Assembly (NCBI GenBank): GCA_964499705.1
Contig: CAZCME010000017.1
Coordinates: forward strand, 62,001 to 89,176
From: an uncultured bacterium
GTDB lineage: Bacteria > UBA8481
Direction: 5' to 3'
DNA: 27,176 nt
The notes below the pieces were generated by a model, which saw nothing but the letters and a program-made list of their open reading frames with translations, was not told the origin of the DNA and ran no database searches. Position numbers and translations under genes: made by a program. This document shows positions 1-7,910 of this stretch, one piece after another (the stretch's first letter is position 1; each line of letters opens with the position of its first letter).

Positions 1-693
1 CGTCGCCGCGTTCACGAAGGCCGGAGCTTGCGCATCCGCAAGGGAAGCGTAGCTCTCGATGATGGTCGCCCGGGCCTGTTCGCCGACGACGATGAGCGTG
101 CGGGGATGCGTCACGCGACCGCCGGATGTGGCTGTGGCGACATGGAGAATACAGATCGGATCGTCGACCGACGCCTTGGACGACACGTGAACATAGGCGC
201 CGTCGTTCAGGAACGCGGTGTTCAGGGCGGCGAAGGCGTTGGAATCCGTAGGAGCATGCCAGCCGAGATGCTCCTCGATCCGGGAAGCCAGCGTCCCGCC
301 TTTGGCCAGGGCCTCGGCGATGCCGGCCAGGGTGACGCCGTCGGCATTGCCGAGCCGCGAAAGATCCGGCGCATACGTTCCGTCGACGAAGACGATGACA
401 TTCCTGGAGGCTTTTTCACCCGCGGGCAACAGGCTCGAGATATCCCCGGCATGAATTCCGGACGAAGAACGGATCGGTTCCGGCGCGAACGGGATCGTCG
501 TCAGTGGAACGATGTTCGTGTACTTCCATTCCTCGTGCTTCGTCGTCGGAAAACCCAGCTTCTCGAACCGTTCCATCCCCCGCGCGCGCGCGGCGTGCAT
601 GAAGGAAGGCTGATGCTTCAAGGGGGAAAGCGTCACGAACTGGTCGTAGGCCCGGCGGTATTGCGCCGTGTCCATGGGAGCCAAGGCTGTCAT
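1..693 (-). CDS. sufD: Fe-S cluster assembly protein SufD, N-terminal part (runs off the left edge)
   Basis: Absent from the ORF track because it has no stop in the window. Translated by hand from ATG at 693: MTALAPMDTAQYRRAYDQF...GMERFEKLGFPTTKHEEWKYTNI, which contains the SufD N-terminal FPTxxxEEWKYT motif. Starts 9 nt after the sufC stop. Confidence 0.93.
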   Translation of the reverse strand, partial: MTALAPMDTAQYRRAYDQFVTLSPLKHQPSFMHAARARGMERFEKLGFPTTKHEEWKYTNIVPLTTIPFAPEPIRSSSGIHAGDISSLLPAGEKASRNVIVFVDGTYAPDLSRLGNADGVTLAGIAEALAKGGTLASRIEEHLGWHAPTDSNAFAALNTAFLNDGAYVHVSSKASVDDPICILHVATATSGGRVTHPRTLIVVGEQARATIIESYASLADAQAPAFVNAAT

Positions 694-702
694 CGGATTT
701 TC

Positions 703-1467
703 CTACCGCGCCGCCGCGGTCGCGACGTCTTCCTTGACCCAGTCGTAGCCGCGCTCCTCCAGCTCGAGCGCCAGTTCCTTGCCGCCCGATTTCACGATCC
801 TGCCGCTCACCATCACGTGGACGAAGTCCGGGACGATGTAGTTGAGGAGCCGCTGGTAATGCGTCACGACGATCGTCGCGTTGTCCTTCCGCTTCAGGCG
901 GTTCACGCCGGCGGAGACCACCTTCAGCGCGTCGATGTCGAGACCGGAATCGGTCTCGTCGAGAACGGCGAGTTTCGGATCCATGACGGCCATCTGGAGA
1001 ATCTCGTTCCGTTTCTTCTCGCCGCCGGAGAAGCCTTCATTGACGGAGCGGGAGAGGAACGACGAATCCATCTCCACGATCTTCAGTTTTTCCTTCAGAA
1101 GAGTCAGGAATTCCATCGCGTCGAGTTCATCCTGCCCGCGGTGCTTCCTGATCTCGTTGAATCCGGCGCGGAGAAAATACGCGTTGGAGACGCCCGCGAT
1201 CTCGATGGGATATTGGAACGCGAGAAAGAGTCCCTCGCGGGCCCGGTCCTCCGGATCCATGTCCAGGAGGTCCTGCCCCCCGTAGGAGACTTCTCCGCCC
1301 GTGACTTCGTATGCGGGGTGACCCGCGAGCACCTGGGCGAACGTGCTCTTGCCGGAGCCGTTCGGCCCCATGATCGCATGCACTTCGCCGGCGTTCACTT
1401 CCAGGTTGATGCCCTTCAATATTTCGTTGCCCGCGACACTCGCGTGCAGATTGGTGACCTTAAGCAT
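703..1467 (-). CDS. sufC: Fe-S cluster assembly ATPase SufC
   Basis: Walker A GPNGSGKST, FLAFQYP, RSVNEGFSGGEKKRNEILQM, LDETDSGLDIDAL, VTHYQRLL. GAGGAG Shine-Dalgarno upstream. Lies between sufB and sufD. Confidence 0.98.
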   Translation of the reverse strand: MLKVTNLHASVAGNEILKGINLEVNAGEVHAIMGPNGSGKSTFAQVLAGHPAYEVTGGEVSYGGQDLLDMDPEDRAREGLFLAFQYPIEIAGVSNAYFLRAGFNEIRKHRGQDELDAMEFLTLLKEKLKIVEMDSSFLSRSVNEGFSGGEKKRNEILQMAVMDPKLAVLDETDSGLDIDALKVVSAGVNRLKRKDNATIVVTHYQRLLNYIVPDFVHVMVSGRIVKSGGKELALELEERGYDWVKEDVATAAAR

Positions 1468-1492
1468 GGTTCTCCTCGTTATCTGATTATGA

Positions 1493-2968
1493 TCAGCCGA
1501 CGCTGCCTTCGAGGCTGATGCCCAGAAGTTTCGTGGCTTCGACGGCGAATTCCATCGGCAGGTTGTTGAAGACCTGCTTGCAGAATCCGTTCACGACCAT
1601 CGAGACGGCGTTCTCCGCGCTGATGCCGCGCTGGCGGCAGTAGAAAAGCTGGTCCTCGCTGATCTTCGAGGTCGACGCCTCGTGCTCCACGCGCGACGAC
1701 TTGTTCTGCACCTCGATATACGGAAACGTATGCGCTCCGCACTTGTCGCCGATCAGCAGCGAATCGCACTGCGTATAGTTCCGGGCCTTCTCCGCCTTCG
1801 GCAGGACCTTCACGAGGCCGCGATACGAGTTGTTCGATACGCCCGCGGAGATTCCCTTGGAGACGATCGTCGACTTCGTGTTCTTTCCGACGTGGATCAT
1901 CTTTGTACCGGTGTCCGCCTGCTGGTGCTTGTTGGTGACGGCGACGGAATAGAATTCTCCGATCGAGTTGTCGCCCTGCAGAATGACGCTGGGGTACTTC
2001 CACGTAATCGCCGAACCGGTCTCGACCTGTGTCCAGGAAATCTTCGAGTTGATGCCGGCGCACTTCCCGCGCTTCGTGACGAAGTTGTAGATGCCGCCCA
2101 CGCCCTTGTCGTCGCCGGGATACCAGTTCTGGACCGTCGAGTACTTGATCTGCGCGTTGTCCAGGGCGATGAGCTCGACGACGGCCGCGTGGAGCTGGTT
2201 CTCGTCGCGCATCGGAGCCGTGCAGCCTTCGAGGTAACTGACGTAGGCGCCTTCGTCGGCGATGATGAGCGTCCGCTCGAACTGGCCCGTGCCCGCCGTG
2301 TTGATCCGGAAATAGGTGGAGAGCTCCATCGGGCAACGAACGCCCTTCGGGATGTAGCAGAAAGAACCGTCGGAAAAGAAGGCGGAATTCAGGGAAGCGT
2401 AGAAGTTGTCGCCGTAGGGGACGACGGATCCGAGATATTTCTGCACGAGCGCCGGATGTTCCTTCACCGCTTCGCTGAACGAACAGAAGATGATGCCGAG
2501 CCGGCCGAGTTCCTCCTTGAAGGTCGTCGCGACGGACACGGAATCGAAGACCGCGTCGACGGCGACCCGGGTCTCCTTGACGCTGCCGTCCTCGACGCCC
2601 GCGAGCCGCTTCTGCTCGTTCAGGGAAATCCCCAGCTTCTCGTAGGTCTTCCGAAGCTCGGGGTCGACCTCGTCCATGGAGTTCAGCTTCTTCTTCTGCT
2701 TCGGCGTGGAAAAATAACTGATCGCCTGGTAATCGATGGGAGAAATCTTCACGTTGGGCCACTGGGGCTCCGTCATGGTGAGCCACTGGCGGTAGGATTT
2801 AAGGCGCCATTCGAGGAGCCACGCGGGCTCGCTCTTCTTCTTCGATATGAGCCGGACGACATCCTCGCTGTGGCCGGGCGGTATCGTCTCGGACTCGATG
2901 TCGGTGACGAAACCCCACTTGTAGTCCTTGAGAACGAGATCCTCGACGGTCTCGACGGCTGTTTCCAT
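1493..2968 (-). CDS. sufB: Fe-S cluster assembly protein SufB
   Basis: [73 protein letters not shown]-terminal LEGSVG. AAGGAG Shine-Dalgarno 6 nt before ATG. Confidence 0.99.
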   Translation of the reverse strand: METAVETVEDLVLKDYKWGFVTDIESETIPPGHSEDVVRLISKKKSEPAWLLEWRLKSYRQWLTMTEPQWPNVKISPIDYQAISYFSTPKQKKKLNSMDEVDPELRKTYEKLGISLNEQKRLAGVEDGSVKETRVAVDAVFDSVSVATTFKEELGRLGIIFCSFSEAVKEHPALVQKYLGSVVPYGDNFYASLNSAFFSDGSFCYIPKGVRCPMELSTYFRINTAGTGQFERTLIIADEGAYVSYLEGCTAPMRDENQLHAAVVELIALDNAQIKYSTVQNWYPGDDKGVGGIYNFVTKRGKCAGINSKISWTQVETGSAITWKYPSVILQGDNSIGEFYSVAVTNKHQQADTGTKMIHVGKNTKSTIVSKGISAGVSNNSYRGLVKVLPKAEKARNYTQCDSLLIGDKCGAHTFPYIEVQNKSSRVEHEASTSKISEDQLFYCRQRGISAENAVSMVVNGFCKQVFNNLPMEFAVEATKLLGISLEGSVG

Positions 2969-2992
2969 GATAAACTCCTTACCACAATTCTA

Positions 2993-3019
2993 CCGTGTTC
3001 CACCGAAGGTGAAACACGG
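2993..3019 (-). other. 5'-terminal stem-loop of the predicted suf transcript, with cUUCGg tetraloop
   Basis: Minus strand reads CCGTGTTTCAC-CTTCGG-TGGAACACGG, an approximately 11-bp stem with one G-U pair closed by C(UUCG)G. It begins 7 nt downstream of the predicted -10. Confidence 0.65.
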
Positions 3020-3026
3020 AAACGAC

Positions 3027-3055
3027 AATGTAGACTAATTTAGTTCTGATTGCAA
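3027..3055 (-). promoter_or_regulatory. sigma70-type promoter of the suf operon with a palindromic operator in the spacer
   Basis: Minus strand TTGCAA (3055-3050), 17 nt, TACATT (3032-3027). The spacer contains the perfect inverted repeat ACTAA-T-TTAGT (3034-3044). Confidence 0.65.
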
Positions 3056-3057
3056 GA

Positions 3058-3179
3058 GGGGACATTCTCCAACATCGCAACATTCTGAATAAATGAGTTG
3101 CATCCCTGACGCACAAATTCAAGGTCGTGCGGATTGTAAGTCGCCTGGTCCCAACGTGGCAATGTGGGAGAATGTCCCC
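3058..3179. repeat. 122-bp element bounded by 24-bp imperfect terminal inverted repeats (MITE/REPIN-like)
   Basis: GGGGACATTCTCCAACATCGCAAC (3058-3081) matches the reverse complement of 3156-3179 (GGGGACATTCTCCCACATTGCCAC) at 21/24 positions, with 74 nt between the arms. Confidence 0.75.
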
Positions 3180-3198
3180 CTGTCGTATAATCTTGTGC

Positions 3199-5220
3199 GT
3201 GATGACACGCGCCCGGGCCAGCATCTTGGATAAGTCTCAATCCTCACCCGGCGACTGCGACGTGCTGGTCATCGGAGCGGGCCCCGCGGGAGCGGTGGCC
3301 GCTCTTGTTCTGGCGCGACGCGGATTCCATGTCATTCTTTGCGACGCGGAGCGCCTTCCACGCGACAAGGCCTGCGGCGAAGGAATCCTCCCCGGCGGCG
3401 TCCGCGCGCTTCAGGAACTAGGGCTGAAGGAGGAATTGCTGAAAGCCGGAGCGCAACGCATCGATGCGTTGCGCTACCACACCGCATCAGGCACACGATC
3501 CCACCGGCTCCCCTTTTCCATTCGCAGCAGCTCCGACCACGGAATCGCCTTCTCAAGAACCCGCCTGGACTATGAGCTCGGCTTAAAAGCGCGACAAGCG
3601 GGCGCGGAGACATTCACCGAAACACGCGTGATTTCGCTAACGGAAAATGAGTCTCACATGGAAGTCCGGACCAGGAATCGCGCGCAGGAAGAACGCCCGA
3701 TCACCGCGCGGTTCGTCATCCTGGCGGCCGGTTCATCGCACGCCATTGTCCACGATTCGGTCCCGCTTCGTTCGCGATTTCCCGCATCACGACAGCAATC
3801 TCGCAGGCTCGGACTCTCCGCGCATGTACCCGATACGCATCCCTCCGACGAAGTGGATATCTTCATCGAGGACGACCACGAAATCTATACGTCCAGCGTG
3901 GAGGAAGGCGACCGGGTCATATCGATCCTCTGCAAACTGGATTCATCAAAAGATCCTGCCGCCGCATCCGGGCTGGAGTCGCTCCATGCCCGGTTCATCG
4001 GAAACGACCGCCTTCCCGACTGGTTGAAGATGACGCCGCGCCGGATCACCGCCGCGAGCATTCCCGCGCTGCCATCCTTCCGCCGGCCGCGCTACGGCGC
4101 CGGCCGAATACTCCGCGCGGGAGACGCCTGCGCCGTCACGGATCCCGTGGCCGCGCAGGGACTCACGCTGGCCATCCAATCCGGCCGCGCCGCCGCGGAA
4201 ACGATCGCCTGTGCTCTTACGAACGGCAGCTCGCGGGACCTTGTCTTCCGCTATGCGAGCACCGTGGATCCGCTCTTCCGAAGATCTCTGAGAACGTCGC
4301 GAGGCCTGCTCCAGGTCGCGCGGCGGCCGGGGCTTGCCGCCACCGCTCTCCCGATTCTCTCCCGGGAGCAGAGCGCCGTACCCCTTCTCGCGGACGGCCT
4401 CGGGCTCCATGAACCGCTCTCGTCCTGTCAATTCGCGGTCGGAGTGCTTCGCGCGTTCAGGAACTCCAGCATCTTCGCGGAGCGCATTGATGACGCCGAG
4501 ATCATGGACAGGATATCTCCCGCGCGAATCCCGGACAGCACATGGAACCTGCTCCGATTGGCAAACAAATACCTGAGCGGAGAATCCTCCATCATGAACG
4601 CCCTGAAAGACATTACTCCCGGGCCGAAGCGCGACGGATCGCGTCGGCTTGTGGTCGCCGATCTCGGCGGAGGTGACGGCGCGATGGCGGCTCGCCTGCA
4701 CGATCGGTTTGCCGCGGCGGATAAGTCAGGAAGAAAGCCTCTCCTCATCTGCGTGGATCCTCGGATTCCGCATCAACGAGTCCCGCTCCATCGTGATCGC
4801 GTGCGATTCATCGCCGCCGATATCCGGCGCCTGCCGTTCCGGTCCGGAAGCATCGACATTTCCACCGCTTCGCTCATGTTCCACCACCTGAGTGACGGTC
4901 AAATTCCAGAAGCGCTGAAGGAATGTGCTCGCGTGACGAAGCGGAGCATCGTCATCAACGACCTTGTACGCTCGCTCTCCTCCTGGTCGGCGGTTTCTCT
5001 CTTCACCTCCGCCTGCGGCGACGCCATCACGAGCGCAGACGGCCCCCAGTCCGTCCGCCGCGCATTCCGCCGCGATGAAGTCGAGCAATGGCGCAAGGAC
5101 GCGCCGCAATTCCACTGGCAATACAGGGCGCATTCCTTCTTTCGATTCACGATGACCGGAAAGCGCCGGGAGAATCCCCAGGCTCCTGGCCTGAATATCC
5201 TCGGCTCACGATCAGGCTAA
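3199..5220 (+). CDS. fusion of an FAD-dependent oxidoreductase (geranylgeranyl-reductase/monooxygenase-like) and a class I SAM methyltransferase
   Basis: N-terminal half: VIGAGPAG...PRDKACGEG and GDA..DP..AQG flavoprotein motifs. C-terminal half: EIMD, VADLGGGDG (motif I), SLMFHHL, INDLVRS, DGPQSVRRAF. Start placed at GTG 3199 (or ATG 3202), just after TATAAT 3186-3191, instead of the track start at 3127. Confidence 0.85.
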   Translation: MMTRARASILDKSQSSPGDCDVLVIGAGPAGAVAALVLARRGFHVILCDAERLPRDKACGEGILPGGVRALQELGLKEELLKAGAQRIDALRYHTASGTRSHRLPFSIRSSSDHGIAFSRTRLDYELGLKARQAGAETFTETRVISLTENESHMEVRTRNRAQEERPITARFVILAAGSSHAIVHDSVPLRSRFPASRQQSRRLGLSAHVPDTHPSDEVDIFIEDDHEIYTSSVEEGDRVISILCKLDSSKDPAAASGLESLHARFIGNDRLPDWLKMTPRRITAASIPALPSFRRPRYGAGRILRAGDACAVTDPVAAQGLTLAIQSGRAAAETIACALTNGSSRDLVFRYASTVDPLFRRSLRTSRGLLQVARRPGLAATALPILSREQSAVPLLADGLGLHEPLSSCQFAVGVLRAFRNSSIFAERIDDAEIMDRISPARIPDSTWNLLRLANKYLSGESSIMNALKDITPGPKRDGSRRLVVADLGGGDGAMAARLHDRFAAADKSGRKPLLICVDPRIPHQRVPLHRDRVRFIAADIRRLPFRSGSIDISTASLMFHHLSDGQIPEALKECARVTKRSIVINDLVRSLSSWSAVSLFTSACGDAITSADGPQSVRRAFRRDEVEQWRKDAPQFHWQYRAHSFFRFTMTGKRRENPQAPGLNILGSRSG

Positions 5221-5243
5221 CACAGGAATCGCGAGGGCCGACA

Positions 5244-5465
5244 TTATGCCCCCGGTCGATATACACGTCCTCCCCACCAGGGAACCTTCACCGGTGAGTC
5301 AAGAATCCCGGAGGCCCTGATGATCAGGGTATGCGCGTGTCTGTGAAAATAGACGAGAACTTCCTTCTCGATCACCGTAACGTCGGTCGGCATGTCTACG
5401 ATATCGCGAAAAACGTGCCGAGCTTGTGCGGCAGCGTGGCCTTTTATTCTTCGCACCAACGTCGA
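5244..5465 (-). pseudogene. C-terminal fragment of a putative transposase
   Basis: The peptide LVRRIKGHAAAQARHVFRDIVDMPTDVTVIEKEVLVYFHRHAHTLIIRASGILDSPVKVPWWGG resembles the C-terminus of a widespread uncharacterised transposase group (recognised from memory). The upstream part of the ORF does not look protein-like. The 5465 boundary is approximate. Confidence 0.55.
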
Positions 5466-5745
5466 TTGAGACCACTCGCGATAACATCTATCGAGGCTTC
5501 GCCTCAGACCAACTGTCGCATGGTGTTGACCTGCCTGCGGTGGGCAAGCGGTCGCCTTCGTCCTCGCGGGAACGGTTCGGGTTCGCAATGGACGACTGTA
5601 TCAATGCGCAAATACTTATGGCCTGAAAACTCGACTCAATACTACGACTTTTCGGGACCAAGACCCCTAGGCAGAGGCCTGTAGAGTCGATGTAACTCAT
5701 TTAATGCACTCCAACCAAAGGAGCAAAGTGCAAATCGAAAAACGA

Positions 5746-5787
5746 TTGCGAATGCCTCCACTCGTATGTTACATTTCTATCATACGA
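5746..5787 (+). promoter_or_regulatory. promoter and operator of the toxin-antitoxin operon
   Basis: TTGCGA (5746-5751), 18 nt, extended -10 TGtTACATT (5767-5775). Inverted repeat TCGTATG (5762-5768) / CATACGA (5781-5787) straddles the -10. AAGGAGG Shine-Dalgarno at 5799-5805. Confidence 0.65.
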
Positions 5788-5812
5788 TTGCACAAATCAA
5801 GGAGGAACTCCA

Positions 5813-6073
5813 ATGGCGCGACGACGGATCCACCAACGGAAAAATTTGACCGTAGCCCTGCCTGCTGAAGCCTATCAGAGACTGGAGACTCTTGCAGGAC
5901 GATGGATGATCGATCGCAGCGACGTCGTACGGATCGCCGTGGGCGATCTTCTGATCCGGGAGAGCGAAGCCACCGCCGAACTGGATGTGCCGCCCGCAAT
6001 GAAGCGTGCGATGGCGCGCTCAGAGGCGAGACGCGGAAAGCTGCTGACCATAGACGAACTATTCGGAGTGTGA
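5813..6073 (+). CDS. ribbon-helix-helix (CopG-like) antitoxin
   Basis: KNLTVALPAEAYQRLETLA...DRSDVVRIAV has the RHH pattern. The C-terminal MARSEARRGKLLTIDELF is typical of RelB/ParD-type antitoxins. Strong Shine-Dalgarno; the stop overlaps the next start (GTGA). Confidence 0.8.
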   Translation: MARRRIHQRKNLTVALPAEAYQRLETLAGRWMIDRSDVVRIAVGDLLIRESEATAELDVPPAMKRAMARSEARRGKLLTIDELFGV

Positions 6074-6294
6074 AAATCCTGTATCGACAGGACTGCAAAC
6101 GCTTCGTCGATACTCTCTCGCCGGCGCGGCGTCAGGATCTTCGCAGAAAACTTTCTTCCTTCGCGCTCAATCCATTCTCCGGCGCCCGCCGTTTGACTAC
6201 AGGGGTCTACTACCGGCGACTCGGCAAATACGCCGTCGGCTTCAGATTGATTCGTGATTCCGTGATCGTCTCCGCCCTCATGAGAATGGATTAG
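6070..6294 (+). CDS. RelE/ParE-superfamily toxin (74 aa)
   Basis: GTG at 6070 overlaps the antitoxin stop. MKILYRQDCKRFVDTLSPARRQDLRRKLSSFALNPFSGARRLTTGVYYRRLGKYAVGFRLIRDSVIVSALMRMD is basic with the RelE layout (strand, two helices, NP, YxRRxGxY strands). Confidence 0.75.
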   Translation: MKILYRQDCKRFVDTLSPARRQDLRRKLSSFALNPFSGARRLTTGVYYRRLGKYAVGFRLIRDSVIVSALMRMD

Positions 6295-6446
6295 TCCTCG
6301 CGACAGCGGGCGACGCAATGGCCGACGGGTCCAGCCCAAGCTGCGGAAAACCTCAGCGCCGACCCATTTCCGATGAGCGGACTCCGGCCTTTTCCGGCCG
6401 GCGGTGATGATCAGATTTTCACTTCATTAAACTCCCGTTATTCAGG

Positions 6447-6677
6447 CTAGGGTTTCACTTCCCTGAAGAGACCGGCCAGTTCGATTTCAAGGCTGTCGCA
6501 TATCCGGCGGATGCAATCCACGCTGGGATTGCGTTTTCCAGCCTCGATTTCGCAGAGATATTTCTGGGTGATATCCGAGTTGTCGGCCAAGCGGGCCTGC
6601 GTCCATTTCCGGTCAGTCCGACGACGCCTGATTTCGGTTCCCAGATTCACGAGAAACGCCCTTCGATTCCGCTTCAT
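6447..6677 (-). CDS. XRE-family HTH transcriptional regulator (controller-protein-like)
   Basis: LGTEIRRRR...WTQARLA...ITQKYLCEIEAGKRNPSVDCIRRICDSL is a canonical HTH_3 pattern. 76 aa; no Shine-Dalgarno. Confidence 0.9.
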   Translation of the reverse strand: MKRNRRAFLVNLGTEIRRRRTDRKWTQARLADNSDITQKYLCEIEAGKRNPSVDCIRRICDSLEIELAGLFREVKP

Positions 6678-6685
6678 GGTTATGA

Positions 6686-6724
6686 ACTATCGTGGAAAAC
6701 AATTTGCTATCTATCCACGATAGT
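6686..6724. promoter_or_regulatory. perfect 11-bp inverted repeat, a candidate operator between the divergent XRE and LuxR genes
   Basis: ACTATCGTGGA (6686-6696), 17 nt, TCCACGATAGT (6714-6724), in an AT-rich divergent intergenic region. Confidence 0.75.
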
Positions 6725-6800
6725 ATATAAGTTTCGCAGGGGTGGCGTTGCGGAGGGCGACAGTCATGATGCGGCACAACCTGAGGGGAAAACGCGGACG

Positions 6801-6995
6801 ATGCTCCCCACCCTGACCGATCGCGAATCGGAAGTTGCCCAGCTCCTTGTGCAAGGCAGATCTTACAAGGAGATTGCGGACAACCTCTCCATCACCCTGG
6901 AAACCGTCCGCTGGCATATCAAGAACATCTACCCCAAGGTCGGCGTGCACTCCCGTTCGGAGCTGGCTTGGAAAACGCTGCGCCATCCGCGTTGA
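6801..6995 (+). CDS. stand-alone LuxR/GerE-type HTH regulator (64 aa)
   Basis: LTDRESEVAQLLVQGRSYKEIADNLSITLETVRWHIKNIYPKVGVHSRSEL is a LuxR C-terminal HTH. No receiver or sensor domain is present. Confidence 0.88.
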   Translation: MLPTLTDRESEVAQLLVQGRSYKEIADNLSITLETVRWHIKNIYPKVGVHSRSELAWKTLRHPR

Positions 6996-7193
6996 CCGCG
7001 TCGGAACGCCCACGCGTGAGGGGCGTCACGGCTTCCAAGCGGATGAATCCCCCACTTTTATGGGGCTTGTTCTTAAGAAGCATCGCATCAATTATCAGGC
7101 AACATATCAACTTCTATTGTATTTCAAACCGGAGATCGGACACTGCCGATGTCGCGACAAAGCGCACGCGGCGGGTCCGGGGAGGACAATAAA

Positions 7194-7901
7194 ATGAACC
7201 AAACATGGACAGCATGGACATGCCTGATGGCGATCGCCACGGGCGCGGCGGCGGCTCCGATGGGGCCCGTAAAGCCAAGCGCAGGGCGATTCAGCATCGG
7301 TCTTGAAGGCGATGTCTCGGCAAGGCGCATGGAATGGGAAGGCGGGTCTTCCGTGGAAACCGACTACGGCAGCGCGGGGATCATGGGAAGAGTCAGCTAC
7401 GGTTTCACGGAGCGCGCCGAGGTCTGGGGCCGATTCGGCTATGCGAGCCTCATTCTCCAGGACCCCACTCCTCCGCGCACCACCGTCGAGTTCGACAACG
7501 CGTTCGCCTGGGGCGTCGGCGGCGGCGGGATCGCCATGGACCAGGAGAACTGGAACCTGGCCATCCAGGGCAATTACAACAGCCACGGCGATCATGCTCT
7601 ACAGGGCCTCTCGTCCGGTTCGTTCGACGCGACATGGAGCGACTGGAACATCGGCGTTCAGGCACAGGGTAAATATGACGCCTTCATGCCCTACATCGGT
7701 CTCCGCTATTCCGACGCCACGGCCGAATATTCCGGCATCTTCGTGGCCGCGCTCGGCGGAGGCTTCGACGATAACGCGCAGACCAACTTCGGCATCTACG
7801 GCGGCTTCGGTTACGACTTCAGCCCCGAGTTCTCCGCGTATCTCGACGGCCGCGTCATCGACGAACTCGGCATCGGCGGCGGATTGAAGTATTCCTTCTA
7901 A
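7194..7901 (+). CDS. outer-membrane beta-barrel protein with chlamydial MOMP-like motifs
   Basis: GGAGG Shine-Dalgarno before ATG 7194. Signal peptide ending in AAAA-P, alternating aromatic/Gly beta strands, C-terminal GLKYSF BamA signal. Confidence 0.85.
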   Translation: MNQTWTAWTCLMAIATGAAAAPMGPVKPSAGRFSIGLEGDVSARRMEWEGGSSVETDYGSAGIMGRVSYGFTERAEVWGRFGYASLILQDPTPPRTTVEFDNAFAWGVGGGGIAMDQENWNLAIQGNYNSHGDHALQGLSSGSFDATWSDWNIGVQAQGKYDAFMPYIGLRYSDATAEYSGIFVAALGGGFDDNAQTNFGIYGGFGYDFSPEFSAYLDGRVIDELGIGGGLKYSF

Positions 7902-7910
7902 AGAAATGCG

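Noticed and set aside
1493-2968. Intein in SufB
   Set aside because: The length of 491 aa is normal. Only a short insertion (EDGSVKETR) before AVDAVFDS is seen, with no splicing motifs.
28-3043. Long plus-strand ORFs 28-1518 and 1682-3043 and alternate-frame ORF 1479-2786
   Set aside because: Antisense or alternate-frame shadows of sufD, sufC and sufB, as expected in high-GC coding DNA; no recognisable motifs.
6296-6677. Restriction-modification system controlled by the C-protein-like XRE gene
   Set aside because: No endonuclease or DNA methyltransferase follows. Downstream on the minus strand there is only GGGAG-ATG-AAG-TGA.
6985-7045. Possible riboswitch upstream of the porin (short stems ACGCCC/GGGCGT, GGAA/TTCC, CCGC/GCGG)
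   Set aside because: The stems are short for GC-rich DNA and I could not match a known aptamer consensus. An Infernal/Rfam search would be needed.
7124-7152. sigma28-type promoter TCAAA...GCCGATGT before the porin
   Set aside because: Spacing is 16-17 nt rather than the usual 15 and the -10 is imperfect.
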